From assembly GCA_965644265.1 (NCBI GenBank), contig OZ286462.1, positions 74,338,001-74,402,000 on the forward strand: a stretch of 64,000 nt of DNA, in the 5' to 3' direction. Under the pieces are notes generated by a model. The model ran no database searches, was not told the origin of the DNA, and saw only the letters and a list, made by a program, of their open reading frames with translations. The DNA comes from Glycera tridactyla. Taxonomy: Eukaryota. This document shows, piece by piece, positions 36,771 to 50,100 of the stretch. Made by a program: the position numbers and the translations under genes. Numbering within the stretch: position 1 is the first letter of the stretch; each line of letters begins with the position of its first letter.

Positions 36771-39406
36771 TTCCCCGAGAAATTCCGCCCTCTCTATCCG
36801 TGAGTGTCGCTTTCTTCGTCATATTTTTCGTTCCGAACGTTCTCACGCAGTCATTTATCGATTTTATCAAGATTTCTCTGTATTTCACGTAAGAAGTAAA
36901 GTTTCGCACACAAATCGCATATTTTTCAGGAAGGGCCGATCTAATTCTGATGATTCCAAAAGCATCTTTCACAAAGGGTCGTACTCAGACTGTGTCGTCT
37001 ATCAATGTCTACTTTCGCACGTTTCTCTACGGAGTCCTCCACAAAACCAGGCGATTTTATCGTCTACATTGAGAGGGAATCCCAAAGTGAAAATAGTACC
37101 GTCTCCGACGGAAAAACGATTCCCATACTGTACGTTTCTCCCTCTTGCATATATTCAAATCACTTGTCTGGAAGCCATTTCGACAACAATATACCGGTTC
37201 TCATTTTCTGCATTACAATATGATGTGAAAGTATGGGCTGCTTAGAAGTGTATAGGGATGTTGGGTGGGTCATAGGTACACGAGACACTCAGTAATTGGC
37301 GTTTTATCGCCTGACAATCCTCTTCTAAGTAGATTACACCCACATGCGGATCGTGAGTGGATCGTGAGCAAATTGCAGAAAGCCAAGCTACCTGAAGATG
37401 ATTACGTTATAAATTCGAGAAGTGGTGCATTATTGGTAATAGGCCATGGCCAATGATAGATCACAGGTTGATATGAATGTTATTAGATTCGCTCTTGATG
37501 AGAATACGTGACGGGAACTGAAGCGATAGAATTCCAGGACATCCTCAATTTAGATTATCCAGGGTCAGAGGGCGACTCAAAAGGCTGTCGGTCTTCAGGA
37601 AGGTGTACTCAGAAACGTGAGCATCCAATCATGGACATGTGGCTAGACGGTTCATGTCTCTCAACACGTGCTCAGTTGTCGAGGAATGATGGCCAATCAA
37701 CCAGTCTATACATCGTGTCAAGCTTCTCTCTCCCAGGCATGAGGCTTTTACATAATAAAATCAGGGATGTCTCAACATATGGCAAAAGTTCACCATTCTT
37801 TGACAGGTGGCTTGACATGTCTCATAAAACAGCCTAGTTATCGGAACTGGCGCAGATTCCCCCATGGAGCAAACGTGGAGATGGTGAATCGTGTTTATGT
37901 CACTTGACCCATGACAGCTCAGTAAATATGGATAATCGAGTAGTTGGTATTCTCCAGTGCAAACATGGTACGCCTCAATGATCAGGCAGCCTTAATTTCT
38001 ATGACCGAGATGCCCATGTACACGGAATTGGATGTGCACTATTATTCAAAGATTACCTGAATAGATTCTTTACAGGAGGACTGGAACAGAGAGCAAAATG
38101 CTTCGTATTGCTTTGTTTTTAACACACTTCATGAGGCCTCATAAATACATTCTCTGTAGATGCACATCTGTTTCGGCTGGTATTTTTTAGGGAAAGGAAC
38201 TTTCGATATCGGTTCCTTCAGACAGCTGAAGCTGGGTAGTTGTTGCAATTGTTGTGTCCTGGGTGATTTCTTTATCGACAAATGTGGACTGAACATGAAC
38301 ATTCATGCCGAAATCAGATGGAATATAATCAAGAAATTGTGAAAGCGTGGGTCATCTCTACGTCCATTTCGATTCACCAGTGTACACCATTTTCATATTA
38401 GATCGAACAATTTGGACGAGTGCTCAGATAATAAGCCTTTGGTTTCCATATCCCAGTACATTTGAAACGTGTATTCAAAACAATGCATATAGCTCGAATT
38501 CATTTCTAATAGCATTTATTTCAAACTGAGGTGTAAGAGTGCGAAACAAAAAATCATCGCATGGATGTGACATTTTCAGTTAAGTATCAGGTATTGAGTA
38601 TTAGGTATGATACTTCACAGCAGGCTGAGAACTACTTATTGATGATAACCCTCCTAATCCACGTGCATATATGGCATGGCCGTGGGGTGAAAACATAATA
38701 CCAAACTCGGTGTGAAATTCACTTCGGCCTTGTGACAACCAGCAGAATTCATACCTTGTTTGGTATTCCATTTTTATTTCATAGCCATACATTCTAGCTA
38801 TAAGGCAACTGTTGCCGTCGTAATTGCGCTGGATATCTTAGTTCTTCAACTGAAGGTGACATTACCGCAGGGGTAATATATCGTAATCAAATCAGAATTC
38901 CATATCCTTCACTAATTCAATCAAGTTTGCACGTGACGTGCAATGATTCTGCACAAAATGAGATTCCGGATTTCTTTGGTGCCATTTAGATGACACTCAC
39001 TCAGTTCCATGTTGATAGAGTATCTCCGATCGAGTCTAACTACACGGGCCTTTGATTTGGTCATAAGCAGGGAAACCAAGCTTGCATGATGCGAATTTCT
39101 ATTCAATTCATAATTGAAGTGTTTGGTTAATTCGGATAGCTGTGTAATGACTGTGGCGACTGGGGAGCAACGGAAAAATCACGCCCTCAGATCCTATCAG
39201 AATATGGTCATTTTACACAATCAGGCTGGCTAGATCTATTTCAAATCCGATTGGGAACGTCTCGAGGCCAGGCTTCAATATATCAGGCTTGTGATGATTC
39301 ACGTTGGAGATGGGAACGCAAGCCCACCACCACCACATCACCTAACCACACGTCACCTAACCACCACCCCGCCACCATCATCATTCCAGGTTCCATTCAA
39401 TGTGCT

Positions 39407-39525
39407 ATCTGTCTGTCTGTCTGTCTGTTTGTTCGTTTGTCCTCCGTCCGTCCGTCCGTCCGTCCGTAGGTACGTCCGTCCGTCTATCCGTCCATCCTTC
39501 CGTCTGTCTGTCTGTATGTCTGCCT
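39407..39525. repeat. (GTCT)/(GTCC) compound microsatellite
   Basis: Direct reading. Confidence 0.9.
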
Positions 39526-42500
39526 GTTTATTGTGTACTGCGTGAGCATGGATATAAACTATGTAATTGACCTTCGTTTCTCGAGCAGCGTATTTTTGGT
39601 GGTGTGAATTCTTCCAGAGTTTCCTCAGGAACTATTTCCCAAAAGTAATGACATCATGACCTAGACACTCAATGGAGTCTGTCATATCTGTATAGAATGC
39701 AATTCATTTTTGAGACCCATTTTGATGAGAGTTCCTTGTGAATTGAGAGTTTGGGGAACCTTGGTTGCTAGGAGTAGGGAGAGGAGATGAGGGATTACAT
39801 ACACTTCTGAAATAAAGATTTATGCAGTATTTGTGTGTGGGGGGGATGTCATCACCATGGATGATGCGGGTGAGAGGTGAGAGATTGGAATGTGATGTCA
39901 TCAGTGAATAGTGACGACATGATCCTCCTCACGTCCATCCTGGCAGAGTGAGCCGATGTTGCTTGTTGTCACACTTGTCAGGCACGCTCTGAGCACATCA
40001 CATGGGTGAGTGCTCACAGACCTAGCTGGATGTCACCTTGTTCACGCTCCATGTCATCCACCCCGGTCATCCCGCTCAAATAGGATCAGACAGTGTGCCA
40101 ATCATTCCCCGGAGACGGCAGACCACGTCTGAGTAACGAGTCATGTTATGCCATGTTATGTTATGTTATGTTATATTATGTCAAACACCGAAAGGCCTTC
40201 TCCAAGCCACCACAGTTGCATTAACATTCAAAACAGCTCACTCTGATATAATATGGAGAACACATCGTCTAGGGACATATCATTTCTCTACTTAATAAGT
40301 TACAAATTTGTTGATATACACAGGAAGTCATAAACTCATATGAGCATGAGTAGGGCCAGTTTCCTATAGCTCGTCATTGATCCAATCAATAGACTGCTTC
40401 AATGATCATATTCACAGAGTTTGTAGTGTATACCGGAGCAAGAGCTTGCGAGTGCCTCAGAGTAGGTACGTTAAGACGGTTCCAGATGTGCCCTATCATT
40501 CTCCGGCGCTTGCATCTGTCATAAACATCTACACATTCGCTGAAGTAAAAACGCAAATACTCAGAACAAAACATTTTTCGCCTATCGCAAGAGGGCCTTC
40601 TGAGAGACAGGGTTGTAAAATCAGTCATCCATCAAAATAAGACGACCTCCCTCCATCAACAGTTTAAAGGAAGCGTGAGAGTTGGTACATCCAGCACCAT
40701 AATTAACCATCACCTCTGGGATGCCCCAGATCACTCTGGCAACGTTTCATTCTGGTCTAGTTCTAGCCGTCATCATTGTTATGATCTATATATGTCAAGC
40801 ATGTTCTTCTCATACTGATGTCGTTCACCAATGATTCACCTACCCATGGGCATAGGTACACCAGGGTATCTCACCGAGTTTTGTTATGTATCCTGTGACT
40901 ATATCTCGAAATGGATACAGCCATATACAATCACTCCCTCATCGAATTCATATTTCGAGCGATTCCCCATCCTCCACAATATGAATGATTATCGGTGAAT
41001 GTCATGAATTTCCCTTTCCACTGGCGACCCTTGAGGAGGAGTCTAGAATGAACCCAATCGTACCCATTGCATAGGCGTCACAATATTGCACATACGGCGC
41101 TGTTTTGACGTTAAACCAGGACCAGCTGACCACAACCACCATCCTCCACTGGTATGTTCAGTGCTCATTCTGCAGTCCATATAACCTGAACATTGGCCTA
41201 CGCTTTCTGTCCATATGATGTTGCTCTTGCGTGACCCATGTGGTCGGTCCCATGTGCAGAAAAAAAACTTAATCAATTGATGATGACAGATGTAGAACAT
41301 CAGCCATTGTCAGTTGATGCAGCTTTCACGCTCAACTCATCTGGAGCAATCCCGATTCATGCCTGTGGGCTAAATTTTCCATTCCCAGAACTGTGGCATC
41401 AAATCACTCGCTCGCAGGCCCTCTCCCAAAGAGCATCCACCATGTCTTCGTTGTATCGTTGGTGAACTTGCCCGTATGTAAATAGCTCAGTACATCTGCC
41501 AACCCGAGTTACAGATCTAGGTGCAGTTGATCTAAATCAGCTGGTACTATATAGATTGTCGTCCCCACCGCACATATTTTCCCATTAGAATCTCTGGCAT
41601 ATTGCTGCCCCAGGTGGAGCATCAGGTGCAAACTAATGTGGAACCAAATGAAGTGAACGATGATAGCGCCCCAGCATGGATGCTCATCTGGCAATCGAGC
41701 AGATCTGTGTATGGATACCTCAGGCTACACTGTTGACTGATGAACGCTGCTCTTCTGCCAGGCACTAATATCTATACAAACCTTCATGTTCGAAGCAAGT
41801 TAGTGCGCGCTACCATCTTGCATTTGTTGATTTTTTTCATATACAGAAATACGACCTTCTCTCTAACAAGGTTGGGCAGACTCCAGCACTTGGACATTTG
41901 CTCAATGTAGGTCAAGATTGATCGAGTTGGGATCAACGTCTCTTCTACTCAGACAAGCTTATTCGAAAATAACACATCGCCGGCGTTGAGGACAGATATT
42001 GGAGTCCAAAAAGTAATTTAAAAAGTAATTTAATACGGCAAACTGACCAGCCCGATGATTGCAGTCACTGAAAGATTCCCTGATGGTTGGAGGGCTGATT
42101 GATTGTTGGTTGGTTGGTTGGTTGGTTGGCTGATTGGGGGGTGTATCTCATCGGATGGAGTGGACCGTAGCGTGATCTCTGATCTCGACACATTTGATAC
42201 CACACTGTTATGCCACACTCAAACTACTTTCTTCCTTCTGAAGTAATTTTCATCTTGTTCTTGTTAAAATCTTCTTCGCCCTACTTCGTGGAACATGACT
42301 TGACAACAGGCACCATCGATGTTTGTTCACCTTACATGCTCACCGGTACCCTAATACATAGGTTCGTATATCAATAGAAGCTATGGTAACAGTCAGGTAG
42401 TAAACAGCAAAAGTAGTCCCAGCAATACCCACCAGTTGGGGAGTATTTCAAGTGATTTCACATACCACTTTCTCAAATAAAAGACCACGTAAGTGTGGCA

Positions 42501-45500
42501 TATATTGTGAATGCATTTAGCCCGTCACTTTTCAATCAGCTGTAGATAAGGATTCCTCTCACTATTTGGGTGATTAGCAAGTATAATCTGACTTTTCTTG
42601 TCACTTCTCACCCTTCGGAATGAGCAAGTGTTAAAGCCGGCTCGATCCGGCTGTCGCTGACATTAGGCTCTTCCTGGGGGCTACTTGCTATTGGCCAGTA
42701 ATCAATAGTGCCGGCGATCACGTGAGCGCACGTGACAGCTCTCACATATACTCTAGTCAGCTTATGCTTGCCATCAGATGGCAGGATACACCAACAAAAA
42801 TGAAGAGAATGATAAAACAGAGTCGGAGCAGCAGGCCATCTTTAGCAGACCCCTCCTAGAGTGTGGTGACAGATTCAGAAGAGCACGGCAGTCAACCTGT
42901 GATAGCGGCTAGGTTTGGTTGGCGGTTGATGGGACGGTTGCTCTACGTCACATTAACAGCATCTGGGTTATATTGAGACTCTGAGGAAGAATGGTTAGGT
43001 TTGGTTGGTAGGTTGGTAGGTTGGTTGTTTCACGTTCCATGAGCAGCATCTTGGCCATATCGAGACGTCCATGCAATATGGATGGGTGGGATGATTCAGC
43101 GCCCTTCCTTCTGGGTCACAGACGGTGGTATAGACAATTCACAATATTCACAAATTTTGAAGATGACATTTTTATATAAGGAATGCTGACCTCAGTGTAA
43201 TTCTATGACCGTGTCAATTGCCACGTTTCAAACTCGTTCAAGGATATCCTTGATCGGATCAGTGTGCATCCTGTCAGTTATTGAGGTGTCAGATGAACGT
43301 GATATTGTCATTGGTCTGGCCATGATGATCACGTGGTTAGTGACCCAAACAGCTGAATCAATTGGCTGGAATATCCTGAGAGCCGGACAAGTTGATTTAC
43401 CCAATTTCTACGGGTTACCTACCAATGACCTTCGCTGATTGGTACTACGATTGTCAAAAGTTAACTGGGCGTACATATTATTTGGGCATAATGCTAGACT
43501 TGTATCATATAGTATATTTTATGGTTAATTGTACTTTCATACTTATGTTGTACCTGGTTATGGTTGGCAAAAGCCCATCCTGGGCTAATCACTATTGTTC
43601 CCCCTCTTACCAGGTTATACGAAGTCCAAATCACTTCATTTGATTCCATGGTTTTCGCTACTGAATCAAGGCATACCTTTTCTGTACATCAGCCATGGAG
43701 TCATAAACAAATCATGAGCAAGGACACGAGAATTGGGGTATATTTAATCAATATATTCAAGATGCATACTGTCCCTTTTAGGTTAGTCTCGTTGCGATGG
43801 GCCGGCAATTCGCCAGATAGAAAGTGGACTCCACTTATACCTCACGCAGGGCTGTGTGAGACAGTACTGGCATTCCAATTAATTATGCAAAAATGCAGTG
43901 CACGTAGCCAATCAGGGTGAGGCTCACTGGACCAGAATCCCGGTAAAGCTTGAGGTGGGGCAGCATTGCGCCAGTGAAGGCAAAGTTCAGTTAGGCGAGT
44001 AATTTCTTGCTACATTATGAGTGCACTAAGTATCTGTCAGAGCATGTCCGAGATATTTTGACATGCCTGTTGGGTGGAGTAGGATTGATCGGTTGGTCTC
44101 AGTTTTTTGTCACGTCAGTGCCATACGGGCTATATTGTGGGATCATTCGAGACTGCTCCTTCNNNNNNNNNNNNNNNNNNNNNNNNNNNNNNNNNNNNNN
44201 NNNNNNNNNNNNNNNNNNNNNNNNNNNNNNNNNNNNNNNNNNNNNNNNNNNNNNNNNNNNNNNNNNNNNNNNNNNNNNNNNNNNNNNNNNNNNNNNNNNN
44301 NNNNNNNNNNNNNNNNNNNNNNNNNNNNNNNNNNNNNNNNNNNNNNNNNNNNNNNNNNNNNNNNNNNNNNNNNNNNNNNNNNNNNNNNNNNNNNNNNNNN
44401 NNNNNNNNNNNNNNNNNNNNNNNNNNNNTTGCGCCTATCTTGCACATCTGTGGTTATAGTGATAATCCATGCTGACATGCCAGTATTGGTTGTATATTTC
44501 TCAGATTGTCGCTGTATATATTACACAGCACGTAGGTTGTTCACCTTGATATATCCTCTGTCGACTATATATGGCGGAGGCTTGTCTGCACTAGCTAATT
44601 GTAGTAGAATTCAGATATACCAGTATTCGAAATGTCCTAAGAAGCCAGAACCTGACCAAAGTAAGACCAATTAGAAATGGCATCGGTTTAGGAAGGCAGG
44701 GTTCCGGCATACAGCACTGGCCCAGGATTAATGTCAATACTGACCTATGGAAGCCCTGCTCAGTGTTTGTCCTATATTTGCCGAGGTATCATGACCTCCA
44801 GCATGATGAGATTCACGATCATTACTCAAGCTGAAGAATCATTACTTTAATCTGGTCTGAACAGAAGATATATCAGAGGAGGTGATGCCTCTGAACAGAT
44901 GCTAGACAGATGAGTATGGTGAGGCTGGCTGCTATTCCCAGCAGTGGGGATGGACTCACTTAGCTGAAAGCAACCTGTTGGACAAGTGGTGACAGCTGTG
45001 CTCGACACATAATCAGCAAATGGCACTATGTTCTACTTGATGACAAATCTACAAGTATAATGTATAACAAGTTCAGACAGGATGGGCACATGCCTGACTA
45101 TATTAGATTGCGTATTCACAGGACACGACTAAATCTTAACTGGTAAGCGGTGAGTAAGAAGTACATAAAGTTTGATTACATAAACTTGTTGATGACATTG
45201 AATGTCTCTCAACTTTATGCCGAAAATTCACCCATTTCTCTGAAGAGTGTGCCACTATCGAACAAAAATTGTTTTCTCTCAATTTCAGTTTGATTTGAAA
45301 ATACCTAAGAAATCCATCTCCGAAGACGAACTTTGTGATCTCACCGAGCATCGCCAATTGATATAAGATTAGCTTTTGTGATCTTTTGGCCTATCCGCTC
45401 CTGCAGATGACCCTAATTTCATGTAAGGGCCGCCGAGTAATGATTTGAAGGCGAGGAAGGCGAAGTAGCGCTGCTTTGTAATAGGACCAAACAAAAAAGT

Positions 45501-46470
45501 TGGAGAACTTCACTTCACCTGTGGATAACTCATTCCATAGTGGTGTCGATGGCAGGACACGTTCGTTCTCTACACGCATCCGTCACTTGGCTAATGGCTA
45601 GAAATTAGTATTCATTCGTCAAGCCTGATCTCTATTCGCAAACAACGAATGGCTGACCGATACTCTAGAAATCTATATTGTCAGTTAGATGACAGTTGAT
45701 CTACAGCTGGTTGACCTTTCTCCACTACACATCGCATTTTGGTTCCTGATGATATCGCAACACGATGGTTGGAATCGAGTTTTCTAATCATCTTCGGTAC
45801 AAGTTTCTTATATATAGTGACTGATCCGACCTGACAAAAAATAAAATTCATAGATTGATCCGAGTTTCGAAGGATACGAGGAAGTTGATTATATCCTGAC
45901 ACAATACTGATGTTTGATGTTTCCCAGTTTTCACAATGGAACCAATATGTCCTAATGTTACAGCGAATGAGAAAAAATATCTGTAATGAAGATAGATCAC
46001 AGGCTTTGACCGTAGAGGACCAATACTTATGATTCTGCTAGTTATTGTAGATGATTCTCCGTTTGCAAGGGGATACCTACCTGTCGCTTATCCAGCATAC
46101 ATTTGTCACAGAATCCATATTCCACCAATTCTGCCCACCGTCCACACTCTATGTACAGGTATACTCCTTGCCAGACCTGTTCAAGCCCGAGTCTTTCTCA
46201 TCTACCTGAGGAGTATAAACTCTGTTACAAAGACAGAATTACCTACATGGGCTGAACATAATCACCATCATTGACTGTACTCATGACTGAGATGATACCT
46301 CGGGTATGTGTGTGATTTTCATTTCAACCTGTGTTGGGGACCCGCGAGGAGGAGTCGTGATCACATGGCATGACATAATATCATCTCTGGAAGATGGTCA
46401 TTGTTGTTGGCTGTTCGTGGTCTTAATATGACATCTGACAGGTTGTTTGTGTGTGTGTTTGTTTGTACAG

Positions 46471-46636
46471 GCCCAGGAGGATGAGCGCAGTTTGTGTCAC
46501 AGTGACTGGTCGGCCGACCACAGCATGGACCACGCTTCCTATGGCTCCATCATACTGCAGATACAAGAAGCCAGCTCCGATGCTGATAGTGCCTGTGAAT
46601 TCGTCCGAAAAACATCCGAAATTGTCGGCAACACGC
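46471..46636 (+). CDS. Candidate host exon (AQEDERSLCHSDWSADHSMDHASYGSIILQIQEASSDADSACEFVRKTSEIVGNT), product unknown
   Basis: Acceptor TTTGTACAG| at 46470, donor |GTGAGT at 46637, open frame, phase 0 compatible with the exon at 1-81. Confidence 0.55.
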
Positions 46637-46977
46637 GTGAGTATATTTAACATTCCTAGTCGGTAGAAGTGGAGGTAGACGAAACGTTGTGTCATGAAGT
46701 GTGTCGATCAATATCTTCCTTCCTTTTTTCAATTGTATAGCTGCTGATCCCTGCTGATCATCAAGAGTATTTTGGTAAGAGAAAGTCAGAATGGGGGAGT
46801 GGTTGAGTCATAGACCGAGCACCTGGCAAGGCTGATCAAGGAGATAAAGATCCCGTCACTCTTGTCATAGAACTACTTGTACCAATTCACTTATGATCCC
46901 CTGTCCCTATTTCTTCACTAATTCGAAAAGTATCAGACAATTGGCATGGATTTCTACTGTCTTATATGAAAATATAG

Positions 46978-47145
46978 AGAAACCCATAGTCATCACGACA
47001 AACAAAGATTATAGCCGACTCAATCATGTCAGGCAGAGAAGTTCACTTCCCACGGAATTTCAGAGGACGGTAAGGCAGCAATCTTTGGCATTCATGGATG
47101 GTGAAGGTGTCTTCGAGAGATGCTACCACTGTACAGAGCCAGATG
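46978..47145 (+). CDS. Weaker candidate next exon (KPIVITTNKDYSRLNHVRQRSSLPTEFQRT...); ends either at the GTAAGG donor (47070) or runs into the gap
   Basis: Phase-1 compatible with 46636 via the TATAG| acceptor; polypyrimidine tract is weak. Confidence 0.3.
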
Positions 47146-50100
47146 NNNNNNNNNNNNNNNNNNNNNNNNNNNNNNNNNNNNNNNNNNNNNNNNNNNNNNN
47201 NNNNNNNNNNNNNNNNNNNNNNNNNNNNNNNNNNNNNNNNNNNNNNNNNNNNNNNNNNNNNNNNNNNNNNNNNNNNNNNNNNNNNNNNNNNNNNNNNNNN
47301 NNNNNNNNNNNNNNNNNNNNNNNCTCTCCTCCCTCTCTTCCCTTTCTCTCTCTCTCATCATCGAACGGCATGTTTTCAGCAGCTGCGTGAATTGAGTGAG
47401 GCGATGACAACGAGGACAACGACGGAAACATTGAACAAGAAATACATGCAATCCATGATCCATATTCTATACTATTTTTCCAATAGACTTCCCTGCTAAT
47501 TAGCATCTTTGTCCATCTGAGTTGCAATTTCACGTGCATAGTCCATGTATACGACTACTTCTTTTAATTATGATTAACTTTACAGATTCACACTTCTTTT
47601 GGGGATATGTTGGGAGAGGCAATATTCCGAATATCTTGGTTTCCCTCCATTTTGTATTCAGCATTTGTGGGAGTGCTGCCTGCAAGGGACAGAGCATCAA
47701 GCTCTCATAGATCGAGCACATACACATCTTCTATGCTGATATATGCCGTTGGACAAACGAACAAATCCCGGCCATCAAATGGCAAATGGGATATATTGTT
47801 CTGATGCCAACTAGATCCCGAGCAACTGACCGTCGCCGAATTAATCCCCAAAAACTCATACGGGCCGATCTTCTCTGAAATGAAATAAATAGTCATGAGT
47901 TGTGGATGATACGAACTCATGAAAAAAACACAGCACACGAGATTATGAATCCAAAGAATGCGGGCATGTTCCATTTTGTGAGAATCACCAGGGATGTCAT
48001 CCTGTAATCAAGAAGCATGTAGACTCCTGGCCAGTTCACAATGTTCACAAGCACGACCTGCTGATATTGGTGAGTGTTGGCAAATTTGCCATCTGGTGAC
48101 AGAGAGAAGGTATCTCGCTTTGCCAGTGGTGCACTAGGTGGCGCGTGTGAGCAATCTGCATAGATTGGATGCAGGGTGATGTTTCCCTACTTCCAGAGCA
48201 CGAGTGTGAACGTTATTGTTCGCATCTCTCACCTCGAAGTTGAGATGTGAGCGTGGATTCGTCTTTATGTCGTGACCATTGCGTTTCTGCGAATTCGTAC
48301 GTTAAACAGGGTCTTTGAAAACCAGTCGAGAGTTCACAAAACCGGTGCTGCACAGGGGTGCACAGGTGAAGGAAATGTACGGTCAACTGTCTACCTTGCG
48401 GCCCAATACCACTCATCGTGAAGTCGTGATGATATACCTATTGAGAGGAGGGGATCCATGGGCACTGACCGTTAACGTGTGAAAGACCTGTATGTTGGGT
48501 CAGCAGGTAACCATTGACATAGTAACTGGTTGGCGCGTCGCAAACAAGGAAGTGAAACTTACTGCAACGATCCCCTGTATTGAGCTAGAACCTTTCTCAA
48601 GCAAGCATTTCATGATCATCCCATCAGAGTATTTCAAGTTGAATTTACCAGAAGCACACATGAACCAGTTCTGAAAATGTATTCTTGCCAGTACATGTAT
48701 GTATGAGAAAGATATCATTCATCACAATTGTTGATTTTGAACTTGAGGATCCTTATATACCAAATGGCATAATTACTGCTTCAGTCTGGAGTTTGGGAAC
48801 AGTCGTCGTAATACCCGCACAGTTTTTCATAGTCATGTTCATATTCCCTCAAATTCGTGGCTTGCAAATTGCCCTCTGGTTCTGTGCTCGTCTGTGTCGC
48901 TCTTGGGACTCGTGGATAAGACGTGAAGGGTGAGGGTGGGTGATGGGTGCGGACGATTTATATGAATGATGGGTGNNNNNNNNNNNNNNNNNNNNNNNNN
49001 NNNNNNNNNNNNNNNNNNNNNNNNNNNNNNNNNNNNNNNNNNNNNNNNNNNNNNNNNNNNNNNNNNNNNNNNNNNNNNNNNNNNNNNNNNNNNNNNNNNN
49101 NNNNNNNNNNNNNNNNNNNNNNNNNNNNNNNNNNNNNNNNNNNNNNNNNNNNNNNNNNNNNNNNNNNNNNNNNNNNNNNNNNNNNNNNNNNNNNNNNNNN
49201 NNNNNNNNNNNNNNNNNNNNNNTATTAAATTGAAAAAAATATTTCAATTTGTCACCCCGCAAATAGGTCTTTTTCAGTGCTGACGAATGCAATATGATGG
49301 GTGGGTGTGATCGATGTGGATGGTGGATGATGTGTGTGGATGAAATTGGTGTTTGGTGAGTACGGGTGTTGAGTGTGGACAATGCACCCGATGCTCAACA
49401 AGGTGTTGGGCACAGCTCTAATGAAGCGCGGCCTGCGACCTACCATGTAGCCTTCTCTACAGCAGCATCTGGTGGATCAAGCAGGGATCATCAGTGCGCG
49501 GATCTACCGCTATGGCGCTGTTGGCGCTAAAGATAGTTGTTCGAGCTCAACTCGATACGACCAAATCAACTATTATCTTCAGCCATGCCGAGCATTTAAT
49601 TTCCCGTCTTTCTTATTTGAGAGGCGAGGGGTTCGACCCCGATCAAAATCGATAACACGCTTCGCTCTCACAACAGAACGACTGACAATGACGTTCTTCT
49701 TGAGCTAAATCATTCAGTTTCTTTGAGATGGCAAGGGCATCCCAGTTACGTCAAGACGGTCCACAAATCAGAATTTCTTTATTCATAATTGTCAAATGGT
49801 TGCTTGGCCTGAGGGATAAATTCATGGCCATATCTACGGTACCCAGCCTCTGAAGTAACACCGCTCGACGTCTGAGCGAAAAGTGTATCATCCATGATTA
49901 TGTCCTAGTAATCCAGCAAATAGCTCTACCAGTGCTCATCACATGCTGAACGACATACACCCCATTCATTGTGCGGCTGTATTTGAAATTGTTCACGTCT
50001 CACATTCATGTGTGTCTTGCGTATTTTATGATGACAGGATCAACAGGTTGATCGGCATGTGAGCGATGGAGGCGCGAAAACACTTTGCATCAAAAGCAGA

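Noticed and set aside
49560-49645. GGTTCGACCCC B-box suggesting a tRNA or SINE
   Set aside because: No matching A-box or cloverleaf upstream.
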